Assembly (NCBI RefSeq): GCF_050278525.1
Contig: NZ_JBNNTG010000001.1
Location: 137,850 to 169,849, forward strand
Length of the DNA stretch: 32,000 bases
Source: Peribacillus sp. NPDC096540
Lineage (GTDB): Bacteria; Bacillota; Bacilli; Bacillales; DSM-1321
Direction of reading: 5' to 3'
The notes beneath the pieces were generated by a model. That model ran no database searches. It was not told where the DNA came from and saw nothing but the letters and a program-made list of their open reading frames with translations. A program made the translations under genes and the position numbers. Below are positions 10,296-17,087 of this stretch, piece by piece. Position 1 is the first letter of the stretch, and every line of letters starts with the position of its first letter.

Positions 10296-10323
10296 GAACT
10301 TAAAACTCAAGGAGGAAACATAA

Positions 10324-11547
10324 ATGATTATCAATCACAATATCTCAGCTCTAAACACGCACCGTCAATTATCAAGTGCAACGAATGCACAATCAAAATC
10401 AATGGAGAAACTTGCATCAGGTATGCGTATCAACCGTGCAGGCGATGACGCAGCCGGTCTTGCAATCTCTGAAAAAATGCGTGGACAAATCCGCGGTTTG
10501 GACCAAGCTTCCCGTAACTCCCAAGATGGAATTTCTTTAATCCAAACTGCCGAAGGCGCATTGAACGAAACTACAGACATTCTGCAACGTATGCGTGAGC
10601 TTGCTACACAAGCATCAACTGATACTAATACAACTAGTGACCGTGGAGAAATCCAAAAGGAAATGGATTCATTAACATCTGAAATTAACCGTATCGGTAA
10701 TACTACTGAATTCAATACACAGAAATTATTGAATGGTTCTAAAGACACGGCTACTCTTGCTAAAGATGCTGTTGCAGCAGAAGATGCAGTAGCTGGTGTA
10801 TATTCAATAGCTGGACCAACAGCGGATATTACAATTGATGGGAAAGACTTTGCTTATGATGCTGGTGGAGCAAAAGATTTTAAAGATGTAGATGAGTTGG
10901 TATCAGCAATAAATGCTGATACAGATTTAAAAACTAAGTACACTGCGAGTAAAGATGCAAGTGGTAAACTAGTATTAACACAGAATTCAGGTTTTGAATC
11001 AGCAACAGCACCAACAGGTGCAACATTCACAGAAGATACAGCAGGAAAAGCAGCTGTAGAGGCTAAAGATGCTGTTGAAGCTGGCTCAGGTCTTCAATTC
11101 CAAATCGGTGCAAACGAAAACCAAAGCCTGACACTTGAAATTGGTGACATGCGTGCAAGTGCTCTTGGGTTGACTGGTTCTGGTGCAGGGTTCACAACTG
11201 ATGCAAATGTAAGCAATGGTACAGATTCTAAAGGTGTTGAATCTGGCCTGGATGTTTCTAATGCTAAAAACGCATCAGCGGCTATCACAAAAATCCAAAC
11301 TGCAATTGACACAGTATCAGCTGAACGTTCTAAACTAGGTGCTAACCAAAACCGTTTAGAGCATACTATCAACAACTTAGGTACTTCTTCTGAAAACCTG
11401 ACTGCTGCTGAATCACGTATCCGTGATACAGATATGGCAAAAACAATGATGGAGCAAACTAAAAACTCTATCCTGGCGCAAGCATCACAAGCAATGTTGG
11501 CTCAAGCAAATTCCGCACCTCAAGGGGTTTTACAACTTCTAAGGTAA
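10324..11547 (+). CDS. hag: Flagellin (Hag/FliC), as read from unspliced DNA. An alternative spliced form would be join(10324..11502,11874..11918).
   Basis: MIINHNISALNTHRQL ... conserved D0/D1 N- and C-terminal helices ending QGVLQLLR, with an Ala/Thr/Asp-rich variable middle. Confidence 0.9.
   Translation: MIINHNISALNTHRQLSSATNAQSKSMEKLASGMRINRAGDDAAGLAISEKMRGQIRGLDQASRNSQDGISLIQTAEGALNETTDILQRMRELATQASTDTNTTSDRGEIQKEMDSLTSEINRIGNTTEFNTQKLLNGSKDTATLAKDAVAAEDAVAGVYSIAGPTADITIDGKDFAYDAGGAKDFKDVDELVSAINADTDLKTKYTASKDASGKLVLTQNSGFESATAPTGATFTEDTAGKAAVEAKDAVEAGSGLQFQIGANENQSLTLEIGDMRASALGLTGSGAGFTTDANVSNGTDSKGVESGLDVSNAKNASAAITKIQTAIDTVSAERSKLGANQNRLEHTINNLGTSSENLTAAESRIRDTDMAKTMMEQTKNSILAQASQAMLAQANSAPQGVLQLLR
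10759..10774 (+). repeat. 16-nt direct repeat copy 1 inside the flagellin variable region
   Basis: GCTAAAGATGCTGTTG is identical to 11062-11077. The offset is 303 nt (101 codons, in frame). Confidence 0.9.
11062..11077 (+). repeat. 16-nt direct repeat copy 2 inside the flagellin variable region
   Basis: GCTAAAGATGCTGTTG is identical to 10759-10774. Confidence 0.9.
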
Positions 11548-11873
11548 ATTTGAAGGGCGTTTTATCTAGTAATGGATAAAATTATAACTGGGTGAATTGC
11601 TGGAACTTCCTAAAGCTACATCAACCACAACGTAACTGGAAACGGTAAGCGTGAAGGTTTGAAAATGATGAAGATGATCCAATGGATAATCAGCAGCCAA
11701 GCTCCTTTGAGGAAACTCTGGAGAAGGTTCAACGACTAGGGTATACAGTCTAAGGCGAAGGCTATGACAATGAAATCCGTAGGGTGGCATAAGCCATTCG
11801 AAGTGCCCAGCCCCATAGAATAATATGGGTGAAGATATAGTCTATTCTATGTTCGAAAGACATAGTCGCGAAG
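11503..11873 (+). ncRNA. Group I intron (self-splicing ribozyme), ORF-less, IA-like. The core is certain; the splice boundaries are inferred.
   Basis: P AATTGCTGGAA at 11595-11605. Q AATCAGCAGC at 11688-11697. R GTTCAACGACTAGG at 11727-11740. S AAGATATAGTCT at 11832-11843. Supporting helices: P4 TTGCTGG/TCAGCAG; P7 GACTA/TAGTC; P3 CTGGGTG (11588-11594) with TGCCCAG (11804-11810); P8 CCCATA/TATGGG (11812-11829). P6/P6a (11702-11723) and P9 (11847-11865) both carry GAAA tetraloops. P2 is the hairpin at 11559-11582. The proposed 5' splice site follows U11502 (U.G with G11556) and the proposed omega-G is G11873. Confidence 0.8.
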
Positions 11874-11918
11874 CAAGCGAACCAACAACCACAAGGAGTT
11901 TTACAACTTCTTCGTTAA
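11874..11918 (+). other. Second copy of the flagellin 3' end (14 codons plus stop): putative 3' exon
   Basis: CAA GCG AAC CAA CAA CCA CAA GGA GTT TTA CAA CTT CTT CGT TAA encodes QANQQPQGVLQLLR*. It shares 33/45 nt and 12/14 aa with 11503-11547 and is in frame with exon 1 if joined at 11502/11874. Confidence 0.7.
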
Positions 11919-11934
11919 TTTTAGATTACTTGAA

Positions 11935-11966
11935 AGAGACTCTAGTTTTGCTAGGGTCTCTTTTGT
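11935..11966 (+). terminator. Rho-independent terminator following the second flagellin 3' end
   Basis: 11-bp stem AGAGACTCTAG / CTAGGGTCTCT (one G.U), 5-nt loop, then TTTTGT. No comparable terminator follows the first stop at 11547. Confidence 0.8.
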
Positions 11967-12304
11967 ATAGAAGGAAGCATGGAAAAAAAGTAGAGTTAAG
12001 GGTGAATGAAAATACTAGGGTGGAATCAGGATGGATAAGGCCCAACAAGATCAGAAGGAATTCCTCAAACACAGCTTAAATGGACCAAGGAACAGGTTCT
12101 TATTTTGGACGAGATGGAAGTGAAGTTATGAAATGAAAAGGATAGCAGAATATGCGAAATGAAATTGAGAGGCTAAATTGTGAACTGAATGTCCTAAAGA
12201 AAGAAGGAAATCAGTTACCCGGAACAACAGTTATATAAAGCACTCGGTTAGATAAGCATTACTATTGATAGGGTCTAGCACCTCGATACAATCACGAGGT
12301 GGAG

Positions 12305-13146
12305 TTAGTCTAGTTTTTTGATGTCTTGCCATTTGTAAGTAACTGACCAATAACTTCTTTTTAGCATCTTTGCAATTTCATTTGTTGTATAACCATTTTC
12401 TTTAAGTTGTCTTAGTAATTTAATTTCATCTTGAGAATAGGGTTTAGATCGATCTGAACTGCTGGTAAGAATCGTGTAATCAGGATACTTAGATTTCCAT
12501 CTGAGTATTTCCTTTTGATTTCGGAATTCCCAAGAGGTTTTATATAGCATAGAAGAACAAGTTTTTGCTACAGGTTCGATTAGTTTGAGGAAACGAAAAG
12601 TTTCTTTAACAGAAGTAGTTTTTAGAATATATCCATAACCATCCTTACGAGAACTCAACTTTAAGGATAAATGATATGTGGTAAATATAGTTCCTTTAGT
12701 TTCTCTAATTCGTCTTTAGGATAGCATTGAAGGTAAAGGTAAATATGCGGTGTGAGGTATATAATTCTCTTATTATGATTTATCCTAAATGAGATGCTTA
12801 ATGAGCCATCATCCATGTATAGAATAGTTAGGAAATGTGGTAAACGGCAATTTTTCACTAATGTGAAAGGGAGATGTTTAGTTCCATCTTTGCTGTAAAA
12901 GTGAGGAAATAAATTTGTGAATAATTCCAAAGAAGCGGAACGGACACATTGGCTAGCCGGAGTGATATACAATAATCCATCAAAAAAGGAAATTTTCCAT
13001 TTTCGATAATCTTCCTGAGATGTGCCGTAGTGTTCCCGGTAGCTATTGTTCTTTCTCCTGCTATTTTTATAAATTTTCGTAATTTAACCGTCACTTATAA
13101 TACTGGCATATAATATATTTTTCTGGATTTCAGTAAGATAAATCAT
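12305..13146 (-). pseudogene. Degenerate free-standing LAGLIDADG homing endonuclease gene (double-motif, C-terminal HTH)
   Basis: AAGGAGG RBS then ATG at 13146. Motif 1 is LTEIQKNILYASIISDG, followed by an in-frame TAA at 13084-13086. The same frame continues ...YREHYGTSQEDYRKWKISFF ... to motif 2, FLTILYMDDGSLS (about 12798-12836). A frameshift near 12660 leads into SSRKDGYGYILKTTSVKETFRFLKLIEP ... and an HTH-like tail DEIKLLRQLKENGYTTNEIAKML. Confidence 0.75.
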
Positions 13147-13265
13147 GAAAACCTCCTTATATAAGAGTGTATACTCTTCTTCTTAGTCCCATTCTATAAC
13201 GTTATCCCCTCCAATGGTAGAATGTTTGTTCTCTATTTAATGATAAATCCTTTGTATGTACACTG

Positions 13266-13290
13266 TAAAGTTTCATTTCAGAACCGATAT
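13266..13290 (+). promoter_or_regulatory. Possible SigD-type promoter of flaG-fliDST
   Basis: TAAA (13266-13269) and ACCGATAT (13283-13290). The spacer is 13 nt instead of 15, so the call is only tentative. Confidence 0.4.
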
Positions 13291-13324
13291 AAAAAGTAAA
13301 GATATCATATTGGGGGCTATTTAG

Positions 13325-13687
13325 ATGCTGGAGAGTTTGTCCACGAATATTCTTTCCTCACAACTTAGAACAGCAATCTCAGACGGAATTAGTTCATATT
13401 ATCAACGTGAAATGAATACGCTTGCCTATTCAGAACAAAGTGTAGAATCTAATAATGAGCCTGCAAAAGAAAAGGTGAAAGAAGTAGTGGAAAGTTTGGA
13501 CGCCTTCCTGGATCCAACACATACGGCCATTCGTTTTGAGTATCATGAGGAGCTGAATGAGTATTATGTCAAGGTTGTGGATGACGTTACGGATGAGACG
13601 ATCAGGGAGATCCCTCCTAAGAAGTTACTGGATTTCTATGCGGCAATGACAGAGTTTGTCGGGATTATGGTGGATGAAAAAATATAG
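13325..13687 (+). CDS. flaG: FlaG family flagellar protein
   Basis: C-terminus IRFEYHEELNEYYVKVVDDVTDETIREIPPKKLLDF is the FlaG signature. It lies upstream of fliD. Confidence 0.85.
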   Translation: MLESLSTNILSSQLRTAISDGISSYYQREMNTLAYSEQSVESNNEPAKEKVKEVVESLDAFLDPTHTAIRFEYHEELNEYYVKVVDDVTDETIREIPPKKLLDFYAAMTEFVGIMVDEKI

Positions 13688-13701
13688 GCGGGTGATCAAT
13701 T

Positions 13702-15213
13702 GTGGTACGAATCAGTGGTTTTGCGAGTGGAATGGACATTGATGAATTAGTTAAGAGTATGATGCAGGCGGAACGGGTGCCATTGGATAAATTAACACAG
13801 AAAAAGCAGTATTCCGAGTGGCAGCGGGATGATTACCGCTCGATAAATACATCTTTATCAGAATTGGATAGACTCATTCGTGATGGGGTTGGGAAGCAGT
13901 CATCCTTTATTAAAAAGAAAATATCGGTATCGAATCCAGATGCAGTATCGGTGAAAAATGTGAGTTCGACCAGTGATTTTACTGGAAATATCAAGGTGAA
14001 CGGGCTTGCCAAAGCAGCAACCATGACAAGTACGGAGAAATCAGCTGTTACTGACTCCAAAAAGAAACTATCGGAATTGGGTATCACGACACCTCAAGAT
14101 ATTACGATACTGGCCATCAATAAAGATGGCGGTTTTGATACGGAAGTAAAAGATGGAGTAACAATGGACAAACCGTATACGCTTACTCTTAATGAAAACG
14201 ATACGCTAGAGAGTGTTATTAATAAAATTAATGCTAACTCGGGAGTGACTCTATTTTTTGATGAAACCTCCCAGAAGTTTTCCATCACTGCTAAAAATAC
14301 CGGTGATGTAAAAGATCGCCCTGAAATTGAATTAGGGGGTACCGGAGATTTTTTTGCTGCGTTAAAAATGAGCAGTAACAATGAAGGGACTGGCGGCACA
14401 ATAGGGGAAAATGCAACGATTACTTATAATGGACTGGACATTTCCCGACCTTCGAATACGTTTCAAATCAATGGAGCAGAAATAACGGTTAAGCAGAAAA
14501 CGATGGATACCGTCACATTCTCATCAACGGCTGATGTGGATTCCATCTTGGACACAATCACTCAGTTTGTGAATAAATACAATGAAATCATTAAAAAGGT
14601 TCAGGATAAAACGGGTGAAGCGAAATATCGCTCCTTTACCCCGCTTACCACTGAGCAAAAGAAGGCAATGACAGAAGATGAAGTGAAGATGTGGGAAGAG
14701 AAAGCGAAGAGCGGAACGTTAAAAAGTGACTCGACACTAAAAAGTCTTCTAACCACAATGCGATCATCTCTATACACCTCGGTGGATGGGATCACAGGTA
14801 AAAACAATCTCAGCAGTTTGGGAATCACTACGACCAAGAATTATTTGGAGGGCGGTAAATTAACGATTGATGAGGACAAGCTCCGGGCAGCCATTAGTGA
14901 AGATCCAAATGCGATTTATGATATGTTCATGGCCAATGGAACGGAGAAAAGCGATAAAGGCCTCGCGCGCCGGTTACGGGATGATATAGAATCATCCATG
15001 AAGGTGATTACTGAAAAAGCCGGAAAAGCTGGATATGTTAATAACAATTTTACAATCGGAAAATTGGTTGATGGGCTGGATAAGAAGATTTCAACATTTG
15101 AAGCAAAGTTAACGAAATTGGAATCGCGCTACTACAATCAGTTCACAGCTATGGAAAAAGCGATTCAAAGGGCAAACAGCCAAAGTGCATCGTTAGCATC
15201 TTATTTTAGTTAA
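13702..15213 (+). CDS. fliD: Flagellar filament cap protein FliD
   Basis: GTG start. The N-terminus VRISGFASGMDIDELVKSMMQAERVPLDKLTQKKQ matches FliD as recalled. Confidence 0.9.
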   Translation: MVRISGFASGMDIDELVKSMMQAERVPLDKLTQKKQYSEWQRDDYRSINTSLSELDRLIRDGVGKQSSFIKKKISVSNPDAVSVKNVSSTSDFTGNIKVNGLAKAATMTSTEKSAVTDSKKKLSELGITTPQDITILAINKDGGFDTEVKDGVTMDKPYTLTLNENDTLESVINKINANSGVTLFFDETSQKFSITAKNTGDVKDRPEIELGGTGDFFAALKMSSNNEGTGGTIGENATITYNGLDISRPSNTFQINGAEITVKQKTMDTVTFSSTADVDSILDTITQFVNKYNEIIKKVQDKTGEAKYRSFTPLTTEQKKAMTEDEVKMWEEKAKSGTLKSDSTLKSLLTTMRSSLYTSVDGITGKNNLSSLGITTTKNYLEGGKLTIDEDKLRAAISEDPNAIYDMFMANGTEKSDKGLARRLRDDIESSMKVITEKAGKAGYVNNNFTIGKLVDGLDKKISTFEAKLTKLESRYYNQFTAMEKAIQRANSQSASLASYFS

Positions 15214-15237
15214 GGTAAGCCGGAAAGGGAGATAAAT

Positions 15238-15639
15238 ATGGCGATAAATAATCCATATCATTCGTATCAACAGAATTCAGTCAATACAGCATCTCCGGGA
15301 GAGCTTACATTAATGCTGTATAATGGCTGCCTAAAGTTCATCATGCTTGGGAAGAAAGCCATTAAAGCTGGTAATATCGAAGCGAAGAATACGAACATCA
15401 TTAAGGCGCAAAACATAGTCCATGAATTGATGGTGACGCTGGATATGGATGTCGAAGTATCCAAAGAAATGATGAGTCTGTATGATTTCATGAATCGCCG
15501 TCTGGTAGAGGCGAATATGAAAAATGATGTTGCTGCCTTGGAAGAGGTGGAGGGACTCGTTACTGACTTCCGTAATACTTGGAAGGAAGTAATTCAGATG
15601 AACAGGAAAAAACAGTTTACACAAAGCGGTCAAGTGTAA
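15238..15639 (+). CDS. fliS: Flagellin-specific export chaperone FliS
   Basis: NPYHSYQQNSVNTASPGELTLMLYNGCLKFI is typical of FliS. Confidence 0.9.
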   Translation: MAINNPYHSYQQNSVNTASPGELTLMLYNGCLKFIMLGKKAIKAGNIEAKNTNIIKAQNIVHELMVTLDMDVEVSKEMMSLYDFMNRRLVEANMKNDVAALEEVEGLVTDFRNTWKEVIQMNRKKQFTQSGQV

Positions 15640-15983
15640 TGATCATTCAAACCTTTCATGATTTGACTGTTGAATTAATTGCCGTTCTGGAAGATAGGAC
15701 GATTGCAGAACGTGATGATAAAATAGAAAGGGTCACACAGCTGATTGATCAGCGAGATGAACTTCTTTCTCAAATCAAACCGCCTTTTACTGGTGAAGAG
15801 CAACAGCTTGGCCGCGCAATAATGTTGCTTAACCAACAGGTCGATCGCTTGCTGAATCTTCAAAGGCTGGAGATAAAGCGGGACATCCAGGAAATAAATA
15901 AGAAGAAAAAATCATCTAATAAATACACGAACCCGTATGAAAGTCTATCAGTAGATGGCATGTTCTACGATAAAAGAAATTAG
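15639..15983 (+). CDS. fliT: FliT-like flagellar chaperone
   Basis: ATG overlaps the fliS stop (TAATG). It is a small helical protein in the fliT position. The longer ORF from 15579 overlaps fliS and is rejected. Confidence 0.7.
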   Translation: MIIQTFHDLTVELIAVLEDRTIAERDDKIERVTQLIDQRDELLSQIKPPFTGEEQQLGRAIMLLNQQVDRLLNLQRLEIKRDIQEINKKKKSSNKYTNPYESLSVDGMFYDKRN

Positions 15984-16167
15984 ATATTAATTAGCCGTTT
16001 AAATTCCAAACGGTATTAATGTTAAATATTTTTTAATTTTTTGTAAATATTAAGGGCTTAATTTTTTCTTTATAGCGTTACATTTGTTATAATAAAGCTA
16101 GGGCAGACATCAACCCTTTCCAAACCTTCCGACAATTGTTTCATAATTTCGACATATTTCGTGATGT

Positions 16168-16193
16168 GTTTCTAAAGGAAACCGGAGGGGTAT
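16168..16193 (+). promoter_or_regulatory. SigB-type promoter of hpf
   Basis: GTTTCT, 14-nt spacer, GGGTAT, compared with the consensus GTTTAA-N12-15-GGGTAT. The B. subtilis orthologue yvyD is known to be SigB-dependent. Confidence 0.55.
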
Positions 16194-16238
16194 TGTAGAA
16201 TCTAACTGTATAGTCTTAATTTAAGGAGGACTCACTTT

Positions 16239-16796
16239 ATGAATTACAACGTACGCGGTGAAAACATTGAGGTAACTCCAGCAATTCGAGAATACGTCGA
16301 AAAGAAAATTGGCAAGTTAGAACGATATTTTAACAATACACCAGATGCAAATGTGTTAGTGAATTTGAAAGTGAACAATAATACATCCAAGGTCGAAGTG
16401 ACGATTCCAATGCAGAATTTGGTTCTTCGCGCTGAAGAGGAAAATGCGGATATGTATGCTGCCATTGACTTGATTAATGACAAGCTTGAACGCCAAATTC
16501 GTAAACATAAAACGAAAGTCAATCGTAAATTCCGTAACAACTTATCTACAACTCCTGAGGCGTTCGCCTTTAATACGGAAACTGATGAAATGGTGGACGA
16601 ATTTGAAGATGATACTGATATTGAAGTAGTCCGCAATAAGCGCTTTGATTTGAAGCCAATGGATAGTGAAGAAGCGATTCTGCAAATGAATATGCTTGGT
16701 CACAGTTTCTTCGTTTACACCAATGCGGATACAAATACAACGAATGTTGTGTACCGTCGTAAAGATGGGCGCTACGGATTAATTGAACCTAGTTAA
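16239..16796 (+). CDS. hpf: Ribosome hibernation promoting factor, long form (YvyD)
   Basis: MNYNVRGENIEVTPAIREYVEKKIGKLERYF ... C-terminal dimerisation domain RFDLKPMDSEEAILQMNMLGHSFFVY. Confidence 0.95.
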   Translation: MNYNVRGENIEVTPAIREYVEKKIGKLERYFNNTPDANVLVNLKVNNNTSKVEVTIPMQNLVLRAEEENADMYAAIDLINDKLERQIRKHKTKVNRKFRNNLSTTPEAFAFNTETDEMVDEFEDDTDIEVVRNKRFDLKPMDSEEAILQMNMLGHSFFVYTNADTNTTNVVYRRKDGRYGLIEPS

Positions 16797-16811
16797 TATG
16801 AATCTATAAAC

Positions 16812-16846
16812 AAAAGCACAACCCAGACTATGGGTTGTGCTTTTTA
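16812..16846 (+). terminator. Rho-independent terminator after hpf
   Basis: AAAAGCACAACCCA-GACT-ATGGGTTGTGCTTTTT. Confidence 0.85.
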
Positions 16847-17087
16847 AATTTTACTTCTATCCATTGCATGTCCATTTAGACTAAGGAGTTCTATAGTTCT
16901 GGAAAAACAACCATCAGTTTCAACCAAAGAGGTCAATGATTGTTTATTTTTCATTCCCTTTTCATTCCTGATTATTTAGCTGACTAATTAGCAATTCGAT
17001 AAGTGTCTTTATAATAAGTAAATTCTTCTGTTGAAAGCGAGGTATCAAATATTATCGATTAACTGGTTGGTCTCTGGGAATTTCATT

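Noticed and set aside
11520-11560. Alternative 5' splice sites for the intron (after U11520, U11531, U11545 or within the 11559-11582 hairpin)
   Set aside because: None gives a U.G wobble with at least 3 exon base pairs to a guide sequence upstream of P2, and none gives an in-frame junction with 11874. The 11502 site is preferred but remains tentative.
11566-12079. Track ORFs 11566..11790 (-) and 11825..12079 (+) as protein-coding genes
   Set aside because: Neither has an RBS or a family resemblance. Both lie over the group I ribozyme core, exon-2 remnant and terminator, which explain the sequence better.
12858-13094. ORF 12858..13094 (-) as a separate gene
   Set aside because: It is an out-of-frame overlap of the LAGLIDADG pseudogene. 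The frame carrying YREHYGTSQEDYRKWK and motif 2 is the same frame as the ATG at 13146, interrupted only by one TAA.
13228-13234. Single GTTCTCT (SinR-type heptamer) about 30 nt upstream of the putative flaG promoter
   Set aside because: An isolated heptamer is expected by chance several times in 32 kb, and there is no partner half-site nearby.
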